DNA of 64,000 bases, taken from an uncultured Gemmatimonadales bacterium (GTDB lineage Bacteria; Gemmatimonadota; Gemmatimonadetes; Longimicrobiales; RSA9). Position 1 is the stretch's first letter. Each line of letters opens with the position of its first letter. The position numbers and the translations under genes were made by a program. Of the stretch, positions 30,193 through 39,453 are shown piece by piece. The notes beneath the pieces were generated by a model, which was not told the origin of the DNA, did not search any database, and saw only the letters and a program-made list of their open reading frames with translations. The stretch covers positions 1,248,001 to 1,312,000 of the forward strand of contig CAWCUS010000006.1 in the NCBI GenBank assembly GCA_963798845.1, read 5' to 3'.

Positions 30193-30714
30193 TTGCGCCC
30201 GCAGCGGCCACGGCTCGCCGGGCACAGCGCTGCCCCGCTGGCGGCGCTGGCGTTGGCCGTGGCGGGCGCGTTCCTGCCGTACGCCACAGGGGTCGCCCCG
30301 GTGCAGGGCCAGTCGCTCGACCATGACGACCTTCCGGCGGCCGCCATCATCGTCATCGCCAACGCGGACGTGGACCCGGGACGGGACTCCATCACCCCCG
30401 CCGAGCTGCGCCGGATCTTCATGCTGCGCAAGCGCTTCTGGGCCGATGGGCGAAGGATAGCGCCGGTCAACCTGCCGGCCGCGGACTCGCTCCGCCGCGC
30501 TTTCTCGCGCGCCGTCCTCGGCCAGTCACCGCGCGACCTGGCCGACTACTGGAACGACCTCTACTTCCACGGCGTGGAACCGCCCCCCGTCATGGAATCG
30601 CAGCAGGCAGTGGAGCTGTACGTGGCCCGAACGCCGGGGGCGGTCGGGTACGTCTCACCGGCGTCCTACGACCCGGCGCTGGCGGGGGTGCAGGTGCTGA
30701 TGGTGCTGCGGTGA
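30193..30714 (+). CDS. Small periplasmic binding-protein-like (PBP2 / PstS-like fold) protein
   Basis: Signal peptide; VIAN..ITPAELRRIF..RFWADG..PVNL..RRAFS..YW..PP..VARTPGAVGYV pattern. Start TTG 30193 or 30160. Confidence 0.75.
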   Translation: MRPQRPRLAGHSAAPLAALALAVAGAFLPYATGVAPVQGQSLDHDDLPAAAIIVIANADVDPGRDSITPAELRRIFMLRKRFWADGRRIAPVNLPAADSLRRAFSRAVLGQSPRDLADYWNDLYFHGVEPPPVMESQQAVELYVARTPGAVGYVSPASYDPALAGVQVLMVLR

Positions 30715-30760
30715 TGCTCGTGGCGCCGGCCGACTGCCGCTCGAGGGGGTGCAACGAAGC

Positions 30761-30778
30761 CCGGCACGGCGTTAGCAT
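30761..30778 (+). promoter_or_regulatory. Candidate sigma54 promoter of the zinc-ribbon gene
   Basis: ccGGCACGGCGTTAGCAT, close to the TGGCACG-N4-TTGCW consensus. Confidence 0.55.
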
Positions 30779-30874
30779 ACTGTATTGGAATGCGATCGAT
30801 AGTTGACGGGAGGTAGCCACCGCGAGCGACTCCCGCCCGTCCAACCGTCCACGTTCAACCCAACCGTTCGAGAG

Positions 30875-31087
30875 ATGCCTCTTTACGAATACAAGTGCAC
30901 GGAGTGCGGGACGCGCTTCGAGGCCATGCGTAAGATCAGCGAGCGCAAGGACCCGCCGCCGTGCCGGAAGTGCGGGAGTCTGCGCACCGAGCTGGCCATG
31001 TCCGCGTCGGCGTTCCTGGGTGGCGGTGGTGGCGGTGGTGGCGGCGGTGGAGCCTGCTCGACCAACGCCTGGACGGGCGGTGGCTGA
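30875..31087 (+). CDS. FmdB family zinc-ribbon protein
   Basis: MPLYEYKCTECGTRFE...CRKCGS with a Gly-rich tail. Confidence 0.9.
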   Translation: MPLYEYKCTECGTRFEAMRKISERKDPPPCRKCGSLRTELAMSASAFLGGGGGGGGGGGACSTNAWTGGG

Positions 31088-31126
31088 GGGGTGGGTTGAG
31101 CCGCCCGTGGGGCGGCAAGCGCAGGA

Positions 31127-31162
31127 GAAGGGGGACGCCAGCCGGCATCCCCCTTCCGTTTT
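31127..31162. terminator. Intrinsic terminator between convergent genes
   Basis: GAAGGGGGACGCC-agcc-GGCATCCCCCTTC followed by CGTTTT. Confidence 0.65.
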
Positions 31163-31186
31163 CCGGGCCCGCCGGAGACGCCCGCC

Positions 31187-33631
31187 TCACTCCGAGCGGA
31201 GCGCCATGGCCGGGTCGACGCGCAGGGCTCGCCACGCGGGAATGACGCAGGCGGCGAGGGTGGCGGCGACGAGGAGGGCGATGACGGCGCCGAGCGTCAC
31301 CGGGTCGCGCGTCGAGGTCTCGTAAAGCTGGTCGGCGAGCAGGCGTCCGCCGAGGAGCGTGGCGGGAATGCCGAAGGCGGCGCCGAGGCCGACGAGAGTC
31401 AGGCCGCGCCGGACGACATCGGAGAGGACGACGCTGCGGCGGGCGCCGAGGGCGATGCGGATTCCGATCTCGCGGCGCCGCTGTGCGACCTGGAAGGCCA
31501 GGACCCCGTAGAGACCGAGTGCCGCGAGGAGGAGGGCGACGGCGGCGAAGGCGGCGAGGGCCAGGGTGACGGTGCGGGGGAACGCGACGGCGTCGGCGAG
31601 GATGTCGTCCATGGTGCGGAGGCCGGCGAGGGGGACGTCGGGGTCCAGGTCGTGGACGAGGTCGCGCAGCGGCGCGGCCACGGACGGTCCTGCGTAGCGG
31701 ACGGCGATGCGCATGCCAGCGGCGGGCCGCTGGGCGTGGGGGAAGTAGGCGGTCATGGTCAGCGGGTCCGTGACGCCGGACACGCGGACGTCCCCGACGA
31801 TGCCCACCACCTCGAACCGGGGCGCGCGATCACCCGCGTCGATGGCGACCACCCGGCCGACGGGGTCCTCGCCCGGGAACAGCGTCCGGCCCAGGGTCTC
31901 GCTGACGATCATGACGGCCGGCGCGCCGTCGGCGTCGGTGGAGCCGAAGTCGCGGCCCCGGCGAAGCGGGATCTGCATGGCGTCGAAGTAGCCGGGGAGC
32001 ACCGTGCGGAGGTAAGCCAGCCGCCACTCGGAGGCGTCCGTGGGCGGGTGCGCCGGGTCCCACACCGCCACGTTCCCGCCGCCATCGCGGATCGGGAGGC
32101 GGCTGATCAGCCCGACGGCCTCAACGCCCGGGATGGCGCGTGCCCGCTCGGCCAGCGTCCGGAAGAACTGGATTCGCCGCTCGGGCTCCGGGTACGCGCC
32201 GGTGCCGAGGGAGACATCGGCAGTGATGAGCGAACGGGCGAGGAACCCCGGGTCCACGCGGCTGAGCGCGATGAAGCTGCGGGCGAGCAGGCCGGCGCCG
32301 CTGAGGAGGAGCAGAGAGATCGCGACCTGGGCCACCACCAGCCCGCTGCGGAACCAGGTCCTCGAGGCCGTGGCGCCTCGGGCGTCGGACCGCAGGCTCG
32401 TGGCAGGGCGGGCGCGCGTCGTGGCGATGGCGGGTGCGAGGCCGGCCAGGAGCACGGTGACGGCGGTGGCGGCGAGGGCGAAGCCGAGGAGCGAGAGCCG
32501 GACCGGGGCGTCGATCGGAGCGCCCGGGGGCATGGGGGCGATCCCGAGGATGGCGCGCTGGAGCGCGAAGGCGACCGCCGTCCCCAGCGCACCTGCGGCC
32601 GCGCCGATCAGCGCGCTCTCGGCGACGAGCTGCCGCACGAGGCGGCCGCGTCCGGCGCCCAGGGCCGTGCGGACGGCCACTTCCCCGTGGCGGCCGGTGC
32701 CGCGGGCGAGAAGGAGGCTGGCGACGTTCGCGCAGGCGATGAGGAGGACGGAGAGGACGGCGCCGCCGAGGAGGAGCAGACTCGAGCGGTAGCGTTCCAC
32801 GAGCGCCTCGGCCAGCGGCGTGATGACCATCCCCTTGTCCCTGTTGGATTCCGGGTGCGCATCCGCGAGCCGCGCCATGAGCACGTCCACCTCCGAACGG
32901 ACGCCGGGGACCGTGACCCCGTCGCGGAGCCGACCGACCACGAGCCAGTTGTGGAACTGGCGGCCGGAGGCGAACGGCCCGCCCCGGACCATGGGTGCCC
33001 ACAGGTCAGCGGTGCCGAAGAAGGAGAAGCCGGCGGGGAGGATCCCGACCACCGTCGCCGGTGATCCGTCAATGTCGAGGGTGGCGCCGAGGATGTCCGG
33101 ATCGCCGGCGTAACGCCGCTGCCAGATCGAGTAGCCGAGGAGGACTGTCGGCTCGGCGCCCGGCTCCCCCTCGTCGGTGCGGAACTCGCGGCCCAGGACG
33201 GGCGGTGTCCCGAGCAGGCGGAAGAAGCCGGGCGAGACGAAGCGGAGGCCCAGGCGCTCGGGCTCGCCGTCGCCCGTGAGTGTGGCCTCGACCGTGAACG
33301 GCGTGAGGGCGCCGGTGGCTTCGAGCGACGAGGCTTCCTCCCGGACGTCGTAGTAGTCGGGGGCCGAGACGGTGAGGCCCACGGTCCCATCCGGCCACAG
33401 CGTGCGACCGACCACCAGCCGGTCGGGGGCGCTGAACGGGAGGGTGCGGAGGAGCGCCGCGTCCAGCACGCCGAACATGGCGACGCACGCGCCGATCCCG
33501 ACGGCCAGCGTGAGCACGGCGACGGCCGTGAAGCCGGGCCGCCGGGCGAGGGAGCGGCTGCCGACGCGCACGTCCCTCGCCGCGTCGGCGAACCACGAAC
33601 CTCGCGCTGCATCACCGTTTCCCTCGTGCAC
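31187..33631 (-). CDS. ADOP-type duplicated ABC transporter permease (MacB/FtsX domains)
   Basis: DVRVGSRSLARRPGF, LLIACANVASLLLAR, VVAQVA, GLYGVLAFQVAQRRREIGIRIALGA and PAWRALRVDPAMALRSE. Confidence 0.92.
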   Translation of the reverse strand: MHEGNGDAARGSWFADAARDVRVGSRSLARRPGFTAVAVLTLAVGIGACVAMFGVLDAALLRTLPFSAPDRLVVGRTLWPDGTVGLTVSAPDYYDVREEASSLEATGALTPFTVEATLTGDGEPERLGLRFVSPGFFRLLGTPPVLGREFRTDEGEPGAEPTVLLGYSIWQRRYAGDPDILGATLDIDGSPATVVGILPAGFSFFGTADLWAPMVRGGPFASGRQFHNWLVVGRLRDGVTVPGVRSEVDVLMARLADAHPESNRDKGMVITPLAEALVERYRSSLLLLGGAVLSVLLIACANVASLLLARGTGRHGEVAVRTALGAGRGRLVRQLVAESALIGAAAGALGTAVAFALQRAILGIAPMPPGAPIDAPVRLSLLGFALAATAVTVLLAGLAPAIATTRARPATSLRSDARGATASRTWFRSGLVVAQVAISLLLLSGAGLLARSFIALSRVDPGFLARSLITADVSLGTGAYPEPERRIQFFRTLAERARAIPGVEAVGLISRLPIRDGGGNVAVWDPAHPPTDASEWRLAYLRTVLPGYFDAMQIPLRRGRDFGSTDADGAPAVMIVSETLGRTLFPGEDPVGRVVAIDAGDRAPRFEVVGIVGDVRVSGVTDPLTMTAYFPHAQRPAAGMRIAVRYAGPSVAAPLRDLVHDLDPDVPLAGLRTMDDILADAVAFPRTVTLALAAFAAVALLLAALGLYGVLAFQVAQRRREIGIRIALGARRSVVLSDVVRRGLTLVGLGAAFGIPATLLGGRLLADQLYETSTRDPVTLGAVIALLVAATLAACVIPAWRALRVDPAMALRSE

Positions 33632-33767
33632 CGTCCGCCTCCGGTCGGTCGTGCGCCGCCGGGCATCCCCGGAAGGGGCGGCGTCTCATCCCGCGAAATC
33701 GGACAGCGCGAGCGTCCGGAAGGTTGGGGGCGGGACGGGCAGCGGACGGCCGCGGCGGGCAGCGGCC

Positions 33768-34112
33768 TCAGCGGTCGAGCAGCTTCCTCTCCATCGCGCC
33801 CGCACCCACCGACACGAGGGTGGCGAGCGCGGCCCGCTTGCGACCGAACAGCCCGACCAGCCCGGCGGCGGAGTGGAGGGCGGCGTCCGCCATCTCCGCG
33901 GTGAGGCGGGCGCGCAGCCAGGGCCGGGCGTCGCTGGCTGCGAGCAGCCCCGTGCCGATCACGAGGTCGCGGGCGCCGAGCACACGGGGGAGCCAGCGGC
34001 GGGGCCGGTAGCCGGCCATCCGGCCAACGATCCCGGGGGCCAGGATCGCGCTGGCGCCGAGGCCGATGCTCAGCCATCCCAGGGTGCGGATGGCGGTGCG
34101 CGTGTTGTCCAT
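33768..34112 (-). CDS. Small membrane protein (LGWLSIGLG..RVLGARDL motif), hypothetical
   Basis: GGAG RBS; hydrophobic helices with a common LGWxSIGLG / GARD pattern. Confidence 0.65.
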   Translation of the reverse strand: MDNTRTAIRTLGWLSIGLGASAILAPGIVGRMAGYRPRRWLPRVLGARDLVIGTGLLAASDARPWLRARLTAEMADAALHSAAGLVGLFGRKRAALATLVSVGAGAMERKLLDR

Positions 34113-34199
34113 GCTGTCACTCCTGCCGTGTGCGCGTAGTGTCATCACGTCCCGCCCGGTCAAGAACCGGGCCGCGGTCAGGAGCGAAGCAGGGTCCGG

Positions 34200-35765
34200 T
34201 CAGCCGTCCTTCTCGATCTCGTGGAGCCCGCGCGTGGCCTCGCCGAAACGGAGCCGGCTGCGGCTGTAGCCATAGAAGGTGTAGATGATCAATCCCACCA
34301 CCAGCCAGATGCCGAAGCGGGCCCACGTCACGCCGGGCAGCTGCACCATGAGGAAGCCGCAGGAGAGCACGGCGGCGGGAGCGACGAACCAGACGAGCGG
34401 CGTCCTGAACGGGCGGTACCGGTCGGGCTCCCGCAGACGCAGCGCCATGATGCCGAAGGCCACGAGCACGAACGCGAAGAGAGTCCCGATGTTCGTCAGC
34501 TCGATGACCTCGTTGATGTTGGCGAACGAGGCGAAGAAGGCCACGAACACGCCGGTCAGAATGGTGGTCACGTGGGGGGTTCGGTACTTCGGGTGAATCC
34601 TGGCGGCCCACTGGGGCAGGAGGCCGTCGCGGGCCATGGCGAAGAAGATGCGGGGCTGGCCGAGCTGGAAGACCAGGAGCACGCTCGCCATGGCGATGAC
34701 GGCGCCAAACGAGATCACGCCGGCGGCCCAGTCGTATCCGCGATCGGAGAAGGCCTGTGCCAGCGGGTCGGCGCTGCCGTGGCGGTTCCACGGCACGAGC
34801 CCCGTCATCACCAGGGTGACCACGATGTAGAGAACGGTGGTGATGCCCAGCGACCAGATCATGGCGCGCGGCATGTCGCGCTGCGGGTCCTTCGCCTCCT
34901 CCGCCGCCGTGGATACCGCGTCGAAGCCGATGTAGGCGAAGAAGATGAGCGCGGCGCCCGTGAACACGCCGTTCCACCCGTTGGGCATGAAGGGCGTCCA
35001 GTTCTCCGGGCGGACCCAGACGGCGCCAATGGCGATGAAGAAGAGCAGGATCCCCATCTTCAGGATGACCATGGCCGTGTTCGCCCACGCGCTCTCGCGA
35101 ATGCCGATCACGAGCACCCAGGTGATCAGCCCGACGATGAGGACGGCGGGGAGATTGAAGACGATGTGGATGCCGAACAGCTCGGGCGCGCTGGTCCACG
35201 CCGCGGCGGCCTGGCGCACGGACTCGGTGACCGCCGACGCGCCCTCCGGCCCCGCGGCCTGGAGAGCGTGGAACCCCTGCAGCGCGGAGCGGGGATCGGT
35301 GGCGAGCCAGCCCGGGATCTCGATGCCGAAGCCCCGCACCAGGGTGACGAAATACGCGGACCAGGAGACGGCCACGGCAATGTTGCCGACAGCGTACTCG
35401 ATGATGAGGTCCCAGCCAATGATCCAGGCGATCAGCTCACCCAGGGTGGCGTAGGCATAGGTGTAGGCGCTGCCGGCCTGGGGGATGAGCGAGGCGAACT
35501 CGGCGTAGCAGAGCGCCGCGAAGCCGCAGGCGATGGCGACCAGGATGTAGGAGACGACCAGCGCCGGTCCGGCGCCGAGGTGGTTCGGGCCGCCAGCGAC
35601 CGCCGTGCCCGCGCCCGAGAAGATCCCGGCGCCCACGATCGCGCCCACACCCAGCGCCGTGAGCTGCCACACTCCGAGGGCCCGCCGCAGTCCTTCGGGC
35701 GCCGGCACCTCTTCAGTGCGCGCTTCGCCGATCGCCTTTCGCTCGAAAAGTCGTGAGATGTTCAC
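34200..35765 (-). CDS. APC-family amino acid permease (CAT/YfnA-like)
   Basis: LGVGAIVGAGIF, CYAEFAS..AGSAYTY, FFAYIGFDAVST.AEE and PRIFFAMARDGLLP. Confidence 0.93.
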   Translation of the reverse strand: MNISRLFERKAIGEARTEEVPAPEGLRRALGVWQLTALGVGAIVGAGIFSGAGTAVAGGPNHLGAGPALVVSYILVAIACGFAALCYAEFASLIPQAGSAYTYAYATLGELIAWIIGWDLIIEYAVGNIAVAVSWSAYFVTLVRGFGIEIPGWLATDPRSALQGFHALQAAGPEGASAVTESVRQAAAAWTSAPELFGIHIVFNLPAVLIVGLITWVLVIGIRESAWANTAMVILKMGILLFFIAIGAVWVRPENWTPFMPNGWNGVFTGAALIFFAYIGFDAVSTAAEEAKDPQRDMPRAMIWSLGITTVLYIVVTLVMTGLVPWNRHGSADPLAQAFSDRGYDWAAGVISFGAVIAMASVLLVFQLGQPRIFFAMARDGLLPQWAARIHPKYRTPHVTTILTGVFVAFFASFANINEVIELTNIGTLFAFVLVAFGIMALRLREPDRYRPFRTPLVWFVAPAAVLSCGFLMVQLPGVTWARFGIWLVVGLIIYTFYGYSRSRLRFGEATRGLHEIEKDG

Positions 35766-35952
35766 CTTGATCCGCCGTCGAGTGGAATCGCGAGGCCGGC
35801 GCCCGCCGGGGAGCAGCCCCGGTCGGCCGCCGCGGCGCGGACGGCGCAACATAGGGCGCGGGAGCGCGTGCGTGCCAGCCTCCGGCGTGCCATCGTACGG
35901 GGACGGACGTTCACCGGGGGTCACGGCCGGACATCCGTGAGGGAGGAGGATC

Positions 35953-38139
35953 GTGCGTCGCAGCCTCGTGATGGTGGCCGTGCTCGCGGCCTCGGCGATG
36001 CCCCGCTGGCAGGAGGCCGCCCCGCTCGGCCCCCGCCGGGCGGCCGCTCAGGAAGCGCTGGTCCTGGGCGGCGGCGGCGCCCGGGGGCTGGCCCACGCGG
36101 GCGTCGTCGCCGGACTCGACAGCCTCGGCATCGATCCCGGCATAGTCGCCGGGGCGAGCATGGGCGCCATCATCGGCGCGCTCTACGCGTCCGGGCGGGA
36201 GCCGGGCGAGATCCGGAAGCTGGTGGAGCGCCGGGACTGGAACGCGCTGTTCGCTCCGCGTGCGATGTTCGTCGGCCCCGATGCGGCGCCGCTCGTGCCG
36301 CTGCTGCGCTGGCCGGTGGGCACGCGCCGTCCGGGTCTGCAGCAGGGACTGGTGCCAGACATCGGGATCAACCGCGAGCTGGTCCGCCTCCTGTTCGATG
36401 CGCAGGTGCGATCGGGCGGCGAGTTCGACCGAATGCCCCGCCGCTTTCGCGTGGTGGCGACGGACCTGCGCACCGGGGAGGAGGTGGTGCTGGGGCGCGG
36501 GGACCTGGCGCGGCTGGTCCGGGCGAGCATGGCCGTCCCGGGCGTCTTCGCGCCGGTCGAGTGGCAGGGGCGGTGGCTGGTGGACGGCGGGATCGCGGCG
36601 TACCTCCCCATCGCGACCGCCCGAAGCCTGGGCGCGAAGGAGGTGATCGCCGCCGACGTGCTCGCGCCGCCGCCCGGGCTCGAAGGGCTGAGCATGGTGG
36701 ACCTGGGCACGCGCGCGCTCCGGATGATCATCGTGAACACCGCGCCAGACTCCGCGCGGGCCGACTACCTCATCGTGCCCGACATCCCGCAGGGAATGTC
36801 CGGCGCCTCGTTTCCACGGGACGCGGCGACCCTGATCCGGCTCGGCCTGCAGGCCACGCTGGCGACGCTGGGCACCGTCACACCCTCGCGCCGAGTCCAC
36901 CGTTCTCTTCCCCCGCCTCCCACGGGATTCTCCGAGCTGGTGGTGCGTGCGCCGGAGCCAGGCATCGCCGCGCTGACCCGGGACGCGGTGGGCGACGCGG
37001 TCACCGGGCCCTACCGTCCGCGCGCGGTACTGGATGCGCTGGACGCCGTCTATGCCAGCGGACTGGCGGACGCCGTGTGGGCGTACGCGGAGCCAGTCCC
37101 GGGCGACACGGCGCGACCTCGCCTGCGGGTGGACGTGGTGCCCTCCCCGGTCACCACTCTGCTGGCCGCAGCCGGATACGACACCGACCGCGGCGCCCGC
37201 GTCTGGGCGGGCGTGCGCCGGCGGCTCGGGACCCCGGTCCCCATCGAGCTGACCGGCGCGGCCGGCATCCAGGAGCTGGACCGCTGGGCGAGCGCGGGCG
37301 CCCGGGCCGTGCTCCCGACCATTCCACGTTTCGGCGCGGAGGGTGGCGGCTACGTCAGGGCCGCCGAGGTTCGCGAGTTCGACGCGGCGGGCGGAATCGC
37401 GGCGGAGCGGGAGGTGTTGAGGGCTGGTGGGCGGCTGGGCGTCGCCTACCGCAGCATGGGTCCTGCGCTGCGCGCCCTGGTGGAGGGACGAGCGGAGTGG
37501 GTCAGGGAGGAGGGCGGTGCGGACGGGGTCTCGTGGGGGCCGCGGATGGAAGTGGGCGCGTCGGGTCCCGACACCGACCCGGTGGGAGTGCCCGCGCTCC
37601 TCGAGCTCGAGGCGCGGGTCGGTGACTTCCGCTACGCCCGGGCGCGCGCCCGCGGCAGCGTGCGTGGGTCGGTGGGGCCGGTCCGGGTCGCCGCGCTGGC
37701 CGATGTCGCGTGGGTCGGCGACTTCGCCTGGGGCGAGTCGTCCACCGGCCTCCCCGGCGGCATCCCGATCCCGTCCGCCGACAGCGCTTTCGCGAGGCGG
37801 GGCCGCGCGGCGGGAGGCGAAGCGCCGATGGACGTGTGGCCTGCCCTCGGCGGATCGCCGGGGGTGCCCGGGCTCCGCTGGGGCGAGCGCCGCAGCCCGG
37901 CCGTGGCCGTGGCGGGGCTCGACGTGGCGGTGCCCGTGGTCATGGAGGGCTTCCTCCGTCTGCAGCTCAGAGCCGGCGCGGGTGGGGAGCGCCCGGCCGA
38001 CTGGGGACGCGAGCCGTGGATCGGCGGCGCGCACGTGGGCCTCGTGTGGAGCACCCCCTTCGGACCGCTGGGCGGCGGTGTGGGCTACGCCACGACCGGG
38101 GATTGGCGCGTGGACGTGGGCGTGGGCCCGTCGTTCTGA
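35953..38139 (+). CDS. Patatin-like phospholipase with C-terminal POTRA/beta-barrel-like region (PlpD-like)
   Basis: GGGGARG, GASMG and DGG patatin motifs; signal peptide; C-terminal WSTPFGPL...VGVGPSF barrel ending. Confidence 0.85.
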   Translation: MRRSLVMVAVLAASAMPRWQEAAPLGPRRAAAQEALVLGGGGARGLAHAGVVAGLDSLGIDPGIVAGASMGAIIGALYASGREPGEIRKLVERRDWNALFAPRAMFVGPDAAPLVPLLRWPVGTRRPGLQQGLVPDIGINRELVRLLFDAQVRSGGEFDRMPRRFRVVATDLRTGEEVVLGRGDLARLVRASMAVPGVFAPVEWQGRWLVDGGIAAYLPIATARSLGAKEVIAADVLAPPPGLEGLSMVDLGTRALRMIIVNTAPDSARADYLIVPDIPQGMSGASFPRDAATLIRLGLQATLATLGTVTPSRRVHRSLPPPPTGFSELVVRAPEPGIAALTRDAVGDAVTGPYRPRAVLDALDAVYASGLADAVWAYAEPVPGDTARPRLRVDVVPSPVTTLLAAAGYDTDRGARVWAGVRRRLGTPVPIELTGAAGIQELDRWASAGARAVLPTIPRFGAEGGGYVRAAEVREFDAAGGIAAEREVLRAGGRLGVAYRSMGPALRALVEGRAEWVREEGGADGVSWGPRMEVGASGPDTDPVGVPALLELEARVGDFRYARARARGSVRGSVGPVRVAALADVAWVGDFAWGESSTGLPGGIPIPSADSAFARRGRAAGGEAPMDVWPALGGSPGVPGLRWGERRSPAVAVAGLDVAVPVVMEGFLRLQLRAGAGGERPADWGREPWIGGAHVGLVWSTPFGPLGGGVGYATTGDWRVDVGVGPSF

Positions 38140-38262
38140 CGGCCGGTGGTCGCCCGCGCGCTCACCCGAGCTCCCTTGCCTCGCGTGTGAGTGCGCACGA
38201 CATTGCGGCCGCCCCTGGAATGGTTCGCCTGACTCCCGGAACCCTACCCGCGAGGACCAACC

Positions 38263-38694
38263 ATGAAGAACCTCATGCAGTCCGGGCTTGCGCTGCTCAT
38301 CACGGGATCCCTGCTCGCCGCGTGCGGCGGCGATGACCCATCGGGCCCCGATCTGAGCGCCTGCCCCGGCGGAACCGAGCTGCGCATGGACCACACCGTG
38401 TCGGGGACGCTGGCCGAGGGCGACGCTCTCGACATCGATGGCGCCTACCTCGACCGCTTCGCGTTCGGTCTGGACAGCGGCGGCACCGTCCGCATCTCGA
38501 TGACCTCCGAGGACGTCAATGCCTGGCTGTGGCTGCTGAGCAGCGATGAGAGCGTGCTGGGTCACGACAACGATAGCGGGACCGGGACCAACTCGCTCCT
38601 GGTGCAGTCGCTCGATGCCGGCTGCTACTACGTCGAGGCGACCACCGCCTTTCCGGGTGAGTCGGGAAGCTACACGCTGACCCTGTCCAGGTAG
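38263..38694 (+). CDS. Lipoprotein with PPC (pre-peptidase C-terminal)-like domain
   Basis: LAAC lipobox; GTLAEGD, DND.G.GTNS and GSYTLTL motifs. Confidence 0.75.
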   Translation: MKNLMQSGLALLITGSLLAACGGDDPSGPDLSACPGGTELRMDHTVSGTLAEGDALDIDGAYLDRFAFGLDSGGTVRISMTSEDVNAWLWLLSSDESVLGHDNDSGTGTNSLLVQSLDAGCYYVEATTAFPGESGSYTLTLSR

Positions 38695-38807
38695 CCGCGC
38701 CCGGGGTTCACGGGCGGGGGTGGCGGGGTGGAGGGGGGCGCCGTATCGTCCTCCGATCAACCTTGGGCCGCGACGCTGCTGCCTCCAATCCCTCCCGGAG
38801 GTGTTCC

Positions 38808-39347
38808 ATGCCACGAATCTCACTCGTTCTCTTGGGTCTTCTGCTCTCGACGCCGCTGGTGGCACAGCAGCCCGCCGCCGCGGCGCCGGCCGATCCGTCG
38901 CTCGGCGCGGTGCAGCCCCTCTACCAGATGGTGAAGGGATACCTGGTCCGCTCCGCCGAGCAGATGCCTGACGAAAAGTACGCGTACCGGCCGACGCCGG
39001 AAGTCCGCTCGTTCGGCGAGATCATCGGGCACGCCGCCAACTCCCAGTACCAGTTCTGCGCGGCGGCGAAAGGCGAGGAAAGCCCGCAGGCGGGCGACGC
39101 CGAGAAGCTGGCGACGAAGGCGGAGCTGGTGGAGGCGCTGAAGCAGTCGTTCACGTACTGCGACGGGGTGTACACGGGCATGACCGCGGAGCAGCTGAAG
39201 CAGCCTGTCACGCTGTTCGGCATGGAGAACAACCGGCTCTTCGCCCTGGTCTTCAACGTGTCCCACGACTTCGAGCACTACGGGAACCTGATCACCTACT
39301 TCCGGCTGAACGGGATGGTGCCGCCGTCGAGCCAGCGCGCGGAATAA
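38808..39347 (+). CDS. Secreted DinB family protein
   Basis: Signal peptide; MPDEKYAYRPTPEVRSFGEIIGH and HDFEHYGNLITYFRLNGMVPP. Confidence 0.9.
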   Translation: MPRISLVLLGLLLSTPLVAQQPAAAAPADPSLGAVQPLYQMVKGYLVRSAEQMPDEKYAYRPTPEVRSFGEIIGHAANSQYQFCAAAKGEESPQAGDAEKLATKAELVEALKQSFTYCDGVYTGMTAEQLKQPVTLFGMENNRLFALVFNVSHDFEHYGNLITYFRLNGMVPPSSQRAE

Positions 39348-39453
39348 CGCGCGCCCGCTTGCTTCCCGGCGCGCGGCGCCACAGCATCCGTTCTGCCAAA
39401 CCCCGCGGCGGCGCGGTTCCGCGCCGCCGCAATGATCCAGCAAGGGAGCGCAA

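Noticed and set aside
31019..31051. Poly-Gly (GGY)n tract as a phase-variation repeat
   Set aside because: In-frame trinucleotide tract; Gly-rich tails are ordinary in FmdB-family proteins.
39382..39399. Sigma54-like TGGCAGAACGGATGCT on the minus strand
   Set aside because: It points antisense into the 3' end of the DinB gene with no downstream gene; probably chance.
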